From the NCBI RefSeq assembly GCF_009914755.1, contig NC_060942.1: a stretch of DNA of 64,000 bases; one strand, 5' to 3'. Position numbers and translations under genes: made by a program. A model generated the notes under the pieces. The model was not told the DNA's origin. It was given only the letters and a program-made list of their open reading frames with translations, and did no database searches. The stretch is from the human T2T-CHM13v2.0 reference genome, Homo sapiens. Numbering within the stretch: the stretch's first letter is position 1; each line of letters opens with the position of its first letter. Shown piece by piece: positions 13,656 through 27,620 of the stretch.

Positions 13656-13725
13656 CCTCAGGTTATCTGCCCACCTTGGCCTCCCAAAGTGCTGGGATTA
13701 CAGGCATGAGTCACCTTGCCTAGGC
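13656..13725 (-). mobile_element. Alu 5'-end-only fragment (70 bp)
   Basis: cctcaggttatctgcccaccttggcctcccaaagtgctgggattacaggcatgagtcacc; no right arm or tail. Confidence 0.9.
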
Positions 13726-13879
13726 TCTTATTTTCTTTTTACACCAACATCAAGTGTAGATGAAGCAAATATTTGAATGTAAAATAAAATTAATACAAAT
13801 ATCTTCTAAAATGTTAATTTAAAAATAAATCCTAGAATGAAGACATTCTTAAAATTTGGACATGCCACGTAAAAACAAT

Positions 13880-14945
13880 AAATGAATGTTTGTTATCTGC
13901 GATTGCATTAAAAAAATCTGACAGACAAAAAATTACCAGATGCAAAGTTAAAGGTAAAAGAAAAACTGGAGAAAATCTCATACAAAAAAATGAGAAAGAA
14001 CAAACCAAGAGCCTAATAGAACACTGGATATAAAAATTATTCCAACAGAAAAATAATTCATTCGGGCACTCCACCCTATGTGGCACACTCCTGAGGATTC
14101 CTAGCTTCATGGGAAGCTAAGGCAAGAGCATTGCTTGATCCCAGGATTTCCAGTCCAGCCTGAGGAATATAGCAAGACCTCATCTCATAAAAAGAAGAGA
14201 GAATTATAATAGTGTTTAAACATAAAAAATGACCTAATCTCTTTGTAATAATGTACAGGATAGTTATGCTATTCTTATATCAAATCAAGTAATTTGATGC
14301 CACAGTATTTTGGTGGAGCAGGGGGGACTGACACTCAAACATTATTGATGGGAGTATAAGTTGGTGCAAATTCTATGAAACAATGTTAGTCATAGATATT
14401 AAATTAATGTGTTTTGCTTGCACATATGATTCACTTTTTAGGAATTCATGCTCCAAATATGATACTAGTAAACCTAAAAAAATTATAAGACTATTTATTA
14501 AAACATTGCTTAATATAGGAAAAGACTAGAAGTAACGTAAGTGTTCATTAACAAGGAATTGATTAAATAAATTATGGTAACGCCATAAAGTAAAATTGAG
14601 TGAATGTCAGAATTAGGGTTATGGTTAATATGAAAGCTGAAAGGGAACCCCCAAGACTATTTAAACAAAAAAAGTCAAGCCATGGAACAGTGCTAAGTAA
14701 GTGCTGAGACCTCGCCTTTAAATATTTCAATAGATAATATTGAGTTTCATATACATGCCTTATGCACATAAAATGTCTCCACAGGAATACATAAGAAACT
14801 CCTAACCACGGTTGTCTCTGAGAAAGAGAACTAGCTGACCAACAGACTGAAAGTAGTCTGATATTTTACTTTGTAAATATCTGTACTTTTTGACTTTTGT
14901 GTGATGGGCACACATCATTCATTCAAAAAATGGTTAATTAAAAAA
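13880..14945 (+). mobile_element. Ancient L1ME-type 3' region, interrupted by a FLAM
   Basis: ttgatgggagtataagttggtgcaa...aagtgttcattaacaaggaattgattaaataaattatggta. Confidence 0.65.
14063..14195 (+). mobile_element. FLAM/FAM monomeric Alu
   Basis: gggaagctaaggcaagagcattgcttgatcccaggatttccagtccagcctg...atagcaagacctcatctc plus A-rich tail. Confidence 0.8.
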
Positions 14946-17091
14946 TTAAGAAAATAACAATTATGATACTTAATTGTACGTGACTTCTCTTAGATATTAA
15001 TGGAGGAGCAATGGCAGAAACATGTTTGAAGACAAGGTTTTCTAACTCTAAGATCACAGTCCTTTTCCTGATGTTGCATTCACATTTTAAACAATTCTCC
15101 AGGGATTACAGAAGTAAATTAAGTAACACAATTTTAAACTAATGTGAACATTTTTCACATCCTATTTAGATGTGAAAAAATATATCATATTACATTTTTC
15201 CTGAGGATAAACAAGAGTCACAAAGCCATGTACATCTGGAACTTATTGATTTGTCCAGTTGAAATTTAACATCATGCACATTGTATATTGATTTTTTTTG
15301 TGCGTTTTCCCTTGCTGAGTCTGCAAACTTCCTGTTAAAATCAGTACATTGTTTTGAATAAAGTTCCACTAAAGATCAATTAGATTTAAGTTTGGGTTAA
15401 AATCAGATGACCATGAATCCATATTCACAAGTTGCTAACAAGCATTAACTTGAAGTCATAAACTAGCGTTTTACAAGCTGAATGAAAGGGACTATGAATC
15501 ACACCTTCAACTATTGCCCATCTTAAGTGATGCAAGAAGTTTACATTCCTCGTGCTAGAAAAACATCAAGGATGTCCTTTCAAACCAAAGCATTTTAAAC
15601 CATGAAAAGGTCAATAGAGTCTCATGTCTGATACCTTCAATTTCATGCCTATAAAGCAGTCTGCAAGGCTTAAAAGGCTCATAGAAGAAAGTACTTGTCA
15701 ATTTCAGAGCAAGAACAAAGTGAAAATAGCTAAAAAAAAAAAAAAAAAAAAATTTAATGTTGCTTAAGAAAATGTATGTCTCCAAGGTATTTTTCTAGCA
15801 ATTTCTTCAAATGGCTGCAAGTTAAGTTACTGTCTGAATAGTCTGAATAACTGCCTCAATTAGATTATACCATAGCAATCATGATTTTTATTGACTGATC
15901 TGATATTTTAAGTATAATACAGATATTATTTTTGAGATACTAAATTATTTTTGTTTTTCATAATGTCAAGGTCTTAATTGTTTCAACAAGTGGGATGAGA
16001 TCTATCTCAGGGGATCCACTAATGACCCACACAATTACGTGAGGAAAACTGAGTTTCCCTCAGATAGTGTTTGGGAAAAAGAGGGGGAAGAGGAACCTCT
16101 TGGGGAAAGGGATGCAGCCTTATACTTACTCAATGGTACAGGTCAGAAGAAATATTGTAATACCCGACTTCCACCACTACAGGGATTGAATATAAGTAAC
16201 TGATAATAATCAATGAAGTCATATTATTTTGCATTTCCTACTCAAAGAGTGCAAAGCTTACCTCTAGAGTATATGCATTTTGGTGTTGATGAATTAAGTT
16301 TAAAATTGCTTTGCAAGTGAAAGAACACCACCCCCAACAAAATGTCTTGAACATAATAGATACTAAGTTCATTCTTAGGTAAACAAAATATTGTGGAAAA
16401 CAGTTGAAGGATAATTTGATAGCACCATGATTATTATAGACCCGGATACCTTGTGTCTTGCTATTTGTCTATTCTTAAAATGTGGTTTCTACTCCATGAT
16501 CTAATATGGCTAAGAAAAGTAAAGAAAGACATTCTTACCAAAAACACCTCATGAAAGTTTTGCATTTGTAGTTTCATCAAATTGGAAAGAATTAAGTTAT
16601 ATAACTTTTAGACTGGGCTTGAAAGGAGGTTGCAAAATGTGTTTTTCATTATATGAAGCCATGTGGCTATTGGGGCTGTATTCCTAAGAAATGAATATTG
16701 GGCAAAATATCACAATTCCAACTGCAGATCCCCAATTTAGCAATGAAGAAACAACATCAAGAGTATTGGTGAGACCATATTTCTTAAAAATGTGTCTTAA
16801 ATTGCCTCTAAGAATTTCTTCTAAACTGCTTACATCAGTTCCTCAGGTTATGCTGGTAGTGGTTATTCTCAACAAACGCTATCTCCTTCATAATTATCAA
16901 ATGTACACCCCGCTGCTCTATTTCCATACCTTTCTGCATAGAACTTTTATTTCAATGTTGAATCAGTGTGAACGATTTTTTTTAAAGACAGTTGAAAAGA
17001 CAATCAAAATAAAGATGCATAGTGGGAAGTTGCATGTATATCAACTGAATGATGACAAATAGCTTAGTTTTCACATAAAAATGGGGTAACC

Positions 17092-17224
17092 AGTCAGGCA
17101 CGGTGGCTTATGCCTGTAATCCCAACACTTCGGGAGGCCAAGGCAGGTGGATCTCGAGGTCAGGAGTTCGAGACCAGCCTCACCAACATGGTGAAAACCT
17201 GTCTCTACTAAAAATACAAAAATT
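17092..17224 (+). mobile_element. AluS (AluSg-like) left arm only
   Basis: Alu 5' end through ctactaaaaatacaaaaatt, then an abrupt switch to THE1 sequence. Confidence 0.93.
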
Positions 17225-17509
17225 CAGCATGGCTGGGGAGGCCTCAGGAAACTTACAATCATGGCAGAAGGGGAAGCAAATGCATCCTTCTTCAAGTGGC
17301 AACAGCAAGGAGAACAAGAGCTGAGTGAAGCGGGAAGCCCCTTATAAAACCATCAGATCTCATGAGAACTTACTATCAGGAGAATAGCATGGAGGAAATT
17401 ACTCCCATGATTCAATTACCTCCCACTGGGTCCCACTCACCACATGTGGCAATTATGGGAACTAAAATTCAAGATGAGATTTGGGTGGGGACACAGCCAA
17501 ACCATACCA
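17223..17509 (-). mobile_element. THE1D-like MaLR LTR missing one end
   Basis: catggctggggaggcctcaggaaacttacaatcatggcagaagg...gagatttgggtggggacacagccaaaccata. Confidence 0.9.
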
Positions 17510-17514
17510 ATGGA

Positions 17515-17680
17515 TCTGTGTGGTGTGTGTCTGTGTGGGTTTTTATGTATGGAGGTACATTTGTGTTGGGGGGAGGTGGGAGCCTGGGTTTGTATGTGTG
17601 GGATGGTGTGTGCATATGTGTTTGTGTAGTGTGGCATATGTGCATGGTGCTTGTGAGTAGGTTTAGATATAAGTGTGGAG
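17515..17680. repeat. TG-rich low-complexity tract
   Basis: Degenerate (TG)n/(TGG)n. Confidence 0.75.
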
Positions 17681-18553
17681 GGTTGCAGTGGGGGCTGGTA
17701 AAGCACAGAGGACTTCAGTCCAAGGTTGAGAGAGTGGATGCCATGTGCAAACACGCCAAAGTGACTGAGCAGGATGTCCCAGTGGTTCTAAGTCAGCCTG
17801 AAAAATGGGACCACACTGGAAAAGGGGAGAGAGAAGAGAGCAGAGAGGGAGGTGTGGGGATTTTACAATGAAGGTCTCTATTTTCTGCTGCTACAGCCAT
17901 TTCTCTCTGGACTGGACTCTGGGATCTGACCCATTCAGCAGAAAAGAGAAAGGGAAGAAGTATTCTCTTAATTCCCTTACTTTTTCCCCCTTTGTCAATT
18001 TGTTTGTACATATGTTGATTTAGAGAAAATAAAAGGATATATCTTCCAAAACCAAAGTGATAAATTTAGTACGTTAGAGAGAAAGGTATGAATGATGGAA
18101 TCAAGGCCGCAGAGGTGATTTGTGAGCAGTGTTTTAGGAGCATGAGAACATAGAATTGGTAGCTTGTTAGGTTTCCAAACTATACATATGGTATTCAGAA
18201 ACATTTGTCACATAAGTCCTATTTCCTCAGTGAGTTATAAAATAGAGTCATGTGGTGATTCAGAAGACATGTTAAGTAATTTGAGCTTTAATAAAATATG
18301 TTAGTAACATTTGTAAGGAACTGATTTAGTCAATGGAACATTAAGTTAATTAGGGATGAGCAAATTCCTTAAGTCTAAGGTATGTATATGTTTTAAAGAT
18401 ATTTTAACTCTTCTGTGTCCCATGCCGGATTCTGCTTCAGTGCCTCATAGGTAGGGCTCTGGAATTAGTATTTTCATGCGGATCATGGACCACACTTTTT
18501 GGCAGACTGCACCAAATGCTGACACTGAGAGATGATCAGAGGTTACTGAACAT

Positions 18554-18994
18554 TGTAGGCTGAATAATATTCCAGAGAGCCCCACAATCTAATCCCCAGT
18601 AACTATATATATGTTACCTTACATGGTAAAAGAGACATTGCAGATGTGACTAAGCAAGGATATTGAGATCAGAAAATTATCCTGCATTTTTAAAGTAAGC
18701 CTAATGTAGTCACAAGGGTCCACAAAAGAGGCAGGGGGATCACAATCAGCAGTTGGAGATGTGACAACAGAAGCAGGAGGTTGGAGGAATCCAAGGAGTG
18801 GTCAAGAATGAAGGAATGCAGGTGACCTCCAGAATCTGAAAAAGGAAAGGAAGTGGGTTCTACCCTCAGAGCCTCCAGAATAAACCTACCCCGAGGACAC
18901 GTTGATGTTAGCCAACTGGGACTTATTTTAGGTCTTTGATCTCTAGAATAATTAGATGACAATGTCATGTTGTTTTATGTTTGCAAATAAATAC
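18554..18994 (+). mobile_element. MLT1D MaLR solo LTR
   Basis: atgttaccttacatggtaaaagagacattgcagatgtga...aaggaatgcaggtgacctccagaa...cagagcctccaga. Confidence 0.85.
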
Positions 18995-19639
18995 ACTGAA
19001 CATCCATCTTAGGGAAGCCGGTTGTAAATTTATTTAAACATTCATGTAAATATAAAAAAATCAACCTAGGATAAATATGAGATGAAGAAAAAGATAATTA
19101 GCCTCACCTGGAGTTGGGGATGGTAAAGACAGATACGGAAGATGAGGTGCAGTGTGGGTGAGGGTGAACATAAGAGTGGAATAGGATGATTAAAGAGCAA
19201 AGAAGCTCAGATTGGCTTGTGGTGTGGACGAAGAGTGAGGATCTGAGGGAAACTCTGATGATATATGGATGAAATTGTAGCTCTGTGTAGGAGAATAAGA
19301 GGAGAATAAGCATGAAGAGAGGAAGTTGTAGTAAGAAAAAAGAATTTTTTTTCAAAATAATTGTATATGCTTTAATATAAAGATTAAGATTAAATCACAA
19401 TGTGCTAAACAACAAATGCAGAAAACACCTTCCTCATTATCACTATTTATTATATAGTTATGAATCAATTTATTGTACTAAGCTGTCCCATGGGTTTTCT
19501 CAAAAATAAATCTCATTTTTCTCACATAAAGATATTTGCCTGTATTTGGTAAAAATAAAATTACAATTCCAGAAATATCAATGCATTTAAGCAATGACCG
19601 AGTCCCAAGACTCATCTAAGGGATTGTGACCCAAAGATT

Positions 19640-19995
19640 ACTATTTACTTATTTAAATTACACTTTAAGTTCTGGGGTACATGTGCAGAACGTGCAGGTT
19701 TGCTACATAGGTATATATGTGCCACGGTGGTTTGCTGCACGCATCAACCAGTCATCTACATTAGGTATTTCTCCTAATGCTATCCCTCTCCCAACCCCCC
19801 ACACCCCGACAGGCCCTGCTTCCCCTCCCTGTGTCCATGTGTTCTCACCGTTCAACTCCTGCCTATGAGTGAGAACATGCGTTGTTTGGTTTTCTGTTCC
19901 TGTGTTAGTCCACTGAGAATGATGGCTTCCAGCTTCATCCATGTCCCTGCAAAGAGCATGAACTCATCAAAAAATAAAATAAATTAAAATAGAAA
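19640..19995. mobile_element. L1PA7/8-type 3' end (antisense 19640-19968) followed by a sense A-rich tail
   Basis: ctttaagttctggggtacatgtgcagaacgtgcaggtttg...catgaactcatc, then aaaaaataaaataaattaaaatag; aaagatt on both flanks. Confidence 0.9.
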
Positions 19996-20349
19996 AAAGA
20001 TTTTTCAAAGCTTGACATATCAAATCGACTTTTAAAAACATTAACCAATTGCCCACTACAGACCCAGCTCTGTATTTGCTGAAATAGAAAGAAAGAAATG
20101 GAAATTCTGGAATGGTTTGGTAGCATCCACACTCTTTCCTTTTAGACAAATTTAATGGAGTCAGACACAGATTTGAGACTCACATGATATAAATTGCATG
20201 TGGCTTCTGTTGTGGATTTTGTAGGAGTAGATATTTGAGAGCTATAAATTTCAAACTTGGGCAATTTTATTCTAGGAAAAGAAGCAGCTTGAATACAGGT
20301 CAAATAAGTTCTAGGATATTTCCAAAAGAACATGCCAGATAAAAATATA

Positions 20350-20510
20350 TAGATTCAAAGAATAATACAGCTGGAAAAGACTTCATAGATTATTTTATCC
20401 AGCTCCTTCAGTTAAAAAAAAATAAACAGGTCCAGAGAAAGGAAAATACATACCCAACTCACACAGCAAATATGCAACAGACATAGTAAAACCAGCATCT
20501 CTTTTCATGC
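20350..20510 (-). mobile_element. MIR3/MIR fragment
   Basis: agctggaaaagacttcatagattattttatccagc...aaacaggtccagagaaagg...cacacagcaa. Confidence 0.55.
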
Positions 20511-22603
20511 AACCAATAACATTCCCGTCTTTTTATATTGGAAATCAATTCGTGAACTTGAAAAGACAGTTGCCTACTTGATTAACTAGTAAGAGTGTTG
20601 AATGACATTTCTAAAACTAGTGAACAAAAACACTTCTATTGGGTCCTAGGATTCATTCTAACAATGAAATAAGAATTAATTAATTTCCATGTGCCAGACA
20701 CACTGCTGACAATCTAAAGATAAGTAGGACACACTGCTTGTCTTGAAACGAAGACAGATATGTAAACATCTATGCATATAGGAGCATGCCAATTTTGACT
20801 CTAAATTGTGTCAACATTTGGGATTGAGACATTTCTCAAAATATCTTTCATACTAGTGAAAAAAATCAGAATTATTTCAATGATTAAACAATGACTCTGT
20901 CTCTGGAATGCTGAGGATCAGCAACCAGGCATGTGGGGTGGGAAATAAAATAATTTTTCATTGCATATCCTTTTGATTCATCTGGATTACTTTTACTATG
21001 TTCTTGTCATTTTTAGTGAAAAATGTGAGTACAAAAACATTTTTACAAAAAATGCAAAAAAAAAAACCCCTATAATAATGCAGTTGCTTTTTACAGCATC
21101 ACATTAATTCCAACCAGATCTAGAGGTCTAATATTATGGAGAAAAATATCTCTAGGAAAATTAATATGTTTGTAGATATTGTATGTAATATCTGTACATA
21201 TTGGAAAACAAGCCAGAAATGCATGCATGCCTGGACCAATGGGAAGAAAATCCTATCTTTCCCATTCTTGTACAGACATAGTGTATCTTAGGCACATTGG
21301 AGTTCTCTAGTGAGGACCCAGGGCCTCAAGCCATTAGCAGCATCCCAACCTGGAGACTTGGAAGGATTGGTGTTCAGTAGCAGTGCTCAGGGGCAGCTTG
21401 CTGAGAAGACTCAGGAGGTGGTGTAGAAAGAGCTCACAGCTTCTCAGGAAAATGTTTTCACCAAATAGGATCATAACGATAAAGAAAAAGATAACAAAGC
21501 CACACAGTAGCAGATGAAATGTGATTCAGAGAAATGCTCTTCATTAAAGTTAACATAATCCTTATTTGTATCCCACAATCCATAGGACCTTACATTTAAT
21601 AAATGAAGCATGGATTTACTATATAAAGGTAGCTAAAGAGATGTACACAAATAATAGAGGTAATACATGCTATAATAGAGAATTATTCAAGATATAGAAG
21701 GTTTTACACACATGTATGCACACAAATGGCCAAGTGTGGGTCATAAATACCTGTACATTTATGTCTTAAATTCTTCTTGCATTTTCCCAAAATGCACATT
21801 TTTCAAAGGGGATACATCCTCTCTGCCTATGGAAAGAATATTAGAAAATTAAAATTGTTTTAAAAATGTGGCCCATGCCAAGTCATAATGACTTCACCTG
21901 TAATAAAAGGTTTATTAATATGGATGAGTTAAAAATGATAAAGTTAATCGGTTTGAGACATGATGAAAATCTATCAGAGCAGAAAAAGAACTAAAAATCT
22001 ATGCCTTCAAGAGCCAAGAACAATTAAATTCTCTCAAGGAAAATGTCCAAGGGAATTTCACAATTGCAGGCAAGTGAAGATGAAGAGACTCAAAGGTATC
22101 ACTCAGTTAATTCCCTGCCACAGCAAGATTGCTTCTTGTGATGAGCGTGGAGCTCCAAATACGCCTTCTTTTCCCAAGTATGAATGTTACTAAAGGGATA
22201 AAAATCTTTTGTTTCCTATGATCTCAATGATGGTTAACAGAAGACAATTGTTTTGCAGTGTGCCTTGTGGGATTTTTGTACGTAAGTTATAGCATTATTT
22301 CTAAAATTGTTAAGATCCATTAATGGATTTTGCAATCAATTTGGTGTTGCAATATGTTTGTAAGGAAATAGACTAGACTATAGGAGAATATGTGATATTA
22401 AAGGTACTTCTTAAAAAGGGTGATTTGTAAAATATTTGTTTTATTTCTGTGCATTTGTCCTGGAGCACATTGTTAAAAGTGTATCTTAGAGTACATTATG
22501 AAGAAAAAGAAGTTTCAATGCACTGAATAAAATGAGTGAGACTCACAGTCTCACTTTCCTCCAAAACAGGAATTTCTACAGGGTCAACATAATAGAAAAA
22601 GGT

Positions 22604-23864
22604 GGTTGTAGGTTTTATTGTGTTTCCTAAGGAGATTTGTTGAAGTTCTAACACCCGATACCTTGGAATGTGACCTTACTTGGAAATAGGTTGTTGAAGA
22701 TGTGTATAATCAAGTTGAAATGGGAAAAGTTCCCTCATCCTCCTTGCAGGGCATGCAACAGGGGTGTGGCTCGCTTCTTTGGTGCCCCTGCAGCTCAAAC
22801 CCCTAGGGAGAACATGCAGACGGGCAGGTTGTGGGAAATGTGGGCTCCGACCCCATAGCAGCGACTTGGGATAAGTGTTTACAGCTCCCAAACCCCCAGT
22901 AGGTGTGTGTTACAGTGCTCCCTTTCAGTTTAGCTATCCTCAGGCGGCTTGTGTTAATCAGCTCAATTAGACCCTCTGCCTTATCTCAAGGACAGAGGGC
23001 TTTTTGTATCCTGGTGTTCTTGCCCTGGTGTACTGGAAAAATCGGATCACATGTGGGCTTGGAGAATGAGTACAAGGTTTTATCCAGTGGTAAAAGTAGC
23101 TCTCAGCATATGGATGGGAGCCAGAAAGGGGATGGAGTGGAAAGGTGGTCTTCCTCTGGGGTTGGGCCACTCAGCCACCAGACTGTCCTCCCACCACCCC
23201 CGTCATTCACTTCTTTCTGCGGTCGATGGCTTACTGGAGTCTGTCCATGTGTTCTTCTGCTGGTGTGTTCTTCTCAACGTCCAGCCACTTGTGTGTGTGA
23301 CCACTTGTGTGTGTGACCACTAGGGTCTCAGGGTTTTTATAGGCACAGGATGGGGGCATGGAGGGCCAGAGTGCTCTTGGGAAATGCAACATTTGGGCAT
23401 GAAAGCAGAAGTTCGTATTCTCCCTTAGGTCCGTGGGCACAGGCCAGAGCTTGGAGCCCTCCCCAGGGACCCCACCCTTCTCCCCCAGCACTTCCCTGCA
23501 CCCCCTCCCATATCAATGTTGCAATGAAGTCATACTAGAGTAGAGTGGGACCTAATCTAATATGATTAGTGTGTTTCCAAGAAGAGGAGAAAAGACACAG
23601 AGACAGACACAGAGGGAAGACAGTCATATGAAGATGGAGGCAGAGATTGTAATTATGCTGCCACAAATCATAGAACATATGGGGTTACCAGAAGCTAGAA
23701 GAAGCAAAGAAAGATTCTTCTCTAAAGAATCTGGAGAGAAAGCAGTCCTGCCATTGCCTTGATTTTAAACTTTTAGTCTCCAGAACTGTGAAAGAATAAA
23801 TTTCTGTTACTTTAAGGTACCTGGTTTGTGGTATTTGTTAAGGCAGCCCTAGCAAACTAATCCA
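22604..23864 (+). mobile_element. MLT1C MaLR LTR split by MER50 (pieces 22604-22715 and 23516-23864)
   Basis: gaatgtgaccttacttggaaatagg before the insert; agacacagagggaagacagtcatatgaagatggaggcagagattg...ggcagccctagcaaactaat after it. Confidence 0.88.
22716..23515 (-). mobile_element. MER50-family ERV1 solo LTR (800 bp)
   Basis: TG..CA termini; taggtccgtgggcacaggcc, cccagcacttccctgc, tttttataggcacaggatggggg; 4-bp near-TSD aagt/atgt. Confidence 0.82.
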
Positions 23865-24239
23865 GAGGGAAATCTGGAGAAGGAAAGAGTGAGGAGAAGA
23901 TATGGAAGTTAAGAGAAAGTGGCACCTGGCGCTGTGAAAATTTGGACACACCACCACATAACTTACCTTACTACACAAGACCTCAAATTTTAATTAAACT
24001 GTGCCCAAATATATAAGTATCTTAAAGAAAATTTCTCATAAAAGCAAGTTAAACATTTTCTACATTCAGTGTGATACGGAGACAGTAGAAATAGGAGACC
24101 TCAAGCCACAGAGCATACAGCTAAGGAACGAGCAGAACCATTTCTGAGATCTGCAGACTCTCACAGGCTGCACGGTTCTTGATTTGGCTGAGTTCAAGTG
24201 AATTAGAGATGAATATCTGAGCATCAAGTGACCCCTAAG

Positions 24240-24345
24240 TGAATTAGCGTGTCCTGCATTAGGGTTAATGTTGTGTTTCTGGTACCCACAGCAGCCAGTT
24301 CTGTCATAGGCTCTAAAGAAAAATGCTGATTGCTGAATGAATGAG
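24240..24345 (+). mobile_element. L2 3' end fragment
   Basis: cataggctc...aaatgctgattgctgaatgaatga. Confidence 0.5.
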
Positions 24346-25902
24346 TCTCCAATAACCACAGCAGGAGAAATGGAATAAGTGGCTACTATAATGGCTTGCA
24401 AGCTCTCTATCTAATGAAAAAAATTAAAAAGTAATACACCATGATTTTGTGTGCAAACATGGTTTCCAGCCTTTCATAAAATGCTAGAATGAATAGTGAT
24501 GTAGCTATTGTGATGTGAGAGTCATTAAAAGGCTTTCCCTCCCCAACATTAACCTCATTTACAGACAGTGTCTAACATCTCAGTGTCAGTCATTTTTTCC
24601 AAGACATTGCTGCTTTAAGATAATCACAGCTGAAATCCAAATGAATCTGGTGCTGAGAAAAAATTAGAGATTAAATTTTTAAAATAAAATTGATTTTTTG
24701 ACAAGGAGCAATGAGAATAAGAAAAGAAGTCATGATGTTCGCCCACCAGTTCAGAACATACCCAATGGCAGTTACCATGACATTTGAGGATGTGACCAGT
24801 GCCCCTAGATAGTACTTAGAAACAGTCTTTTCCTGGGTGGATATGCAAACTGACATGTTTTCAATCAAGTAAATACCCATTAAATATTGAATAAAATTTC
24901 AAATACAAAAGCTTTATTTGAAGATAATTTTATAGCACACTTCTCCACAAAATGATGACTTTTTTTTTAACATTGTGCAAGTGTCTTTGCAAGAAACCTA
25001 ACGTGACAGTGCCTCATTTCAAATATACTTATCTTCACAAAGGATAACTCTTGCTGATAATTGTCTAAACTAGCTTCAGTTTCTAATATGTACATCTCTG
25101 TTTGCTTCAAGAGAGTAATTCTAAATTGTGTCTCATCTCAATTTTCTTACAGCATTTTACTCAATGTATCTTGGCTTTGTATCTCAATATCTTCAGACAA
25201 TTATTTTCAAACTATTTATGTAATGAGAATTAGGTTCATATTTTATTATAACAGGGTTTGAAACATATTAAATGTTCAATCAATTGAAATATAGTATGCC
25301 TAATGCTGAGAGATCTGTGTTGCAAGATATAATGAATACTTAATGTTTTACCGTTAGGAAATATACAATCTAGAAGGAGAGGGAAAACATGCAAAAAATC
25401 TCGAGGAATACAATATATTATTTAATTAAGGACTAAATTGTATGGCTGGTACAGATTATAGTAACTATATTAGTTCAAGAGAGAAGTTGATCAACAAAGA
25501 TGAAAATATCCTAAGGAATATTTTAGGGAAGATACAAAATGAGAGTCTATCACTAGTGACTCAAGATGAATTAACAATATTCCTTTCCTCTGGGAATACT
25601 GGGAAAATAGTATAATGAGAGTTTGTATGGCACAGAAATAAGGATGGTGGTAATCCTGGAGCATGAGATACCAATGGCAGGAACACCTGGCTGAGACTTA
25701 TTCTGGCAGAGCCCTGGGAATCCAGGGGAATATCCAAGAAGGCCTCAGGAGGGAGAGGGCATGGGGCACACAGGTGAGATCATGTTAAACAAAATCCAAT
25801 GCACTTGCAACTTTTCCCAAACCAGCACGTAATAATCTATAATAAAGCAGAAGGTGAAGAAAGAGCATAAGTTAAAAGTGGGAGGAAAATGTTTGCTCTC
25901 TA

Positions 25903-27032
<1,130 letters not shown>

Positions 27033-27065
27033 TCAAAAGAAGACATTTATGCAGCCAAAAGACAC

Positions 27066-27620
27066 ATGAAAAAATGCTCATCATCACTGGCCATCAGAGA
27101 AATGCAAATCAAAACCACAATGAGATACCATCTCACACCAGTTAGAATGGTGATCATTAAAAAGTCAGGAAACAACAGGTGCTGGAGAGGATGTGGAGAA
27201 ATAGGAAAACTTTTACACTGTTGGTGGGACTGTAAACTAGTTCAACCATTGTGGAAGTCAGTGTGGCAATTCCTCAGGGATCTAGACCTAGAAATACAAT
27301 TTGACCCAGCCATCCCATTACTGGGTATATACCCAAAGGACTATAAATCATGCTGCTATAAAGACACATGCACACATATGTTTATTGCAGCACTATTCAC
27401 AATAACAAAGACTTGGAACCAACCCAAATGTCCAACAATGATAGACTGGATTAAGAAAATGTGGCACATATACACCATGGAATACTATGCAGCCATAAAA
27501 AATGATGAGTTCATGTCCTTTGTAGGGACATGGATGAAATTGGAAATCATCATTCTCAGTAAACTATTGCAAGGACAAAAAACCAAATACCACATGTTCT
27601 CACTTATAGATGGAAATTGA
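27066..27620 (+). pseudogene. L1 ORF2p C-terminal fragment with the cysteine-rich CCHC motif
   Basis: [28 protein letters not shown]...[27 protein letters not shown]. Confidence 0.92.

Noticed and set aside
17362-17871. 169-aa ORF and the overlapping His/Thr-rich reverse ORF
   Set aside because: Read-through of THE1 LTR and TG-rich low-complexity sequence, which is poor in stop codons.
22535-22555. 9-bp stem hairpin agtgagact-cac-agtctcact
   Set aside because: Short enough to be expected by chance in 64 kb.
22670-23538. Cluster of overlapping ORFs up to 137 aa
   Set aside because: All lie within the GC-richer MER50 LTR and show no protein similarity.
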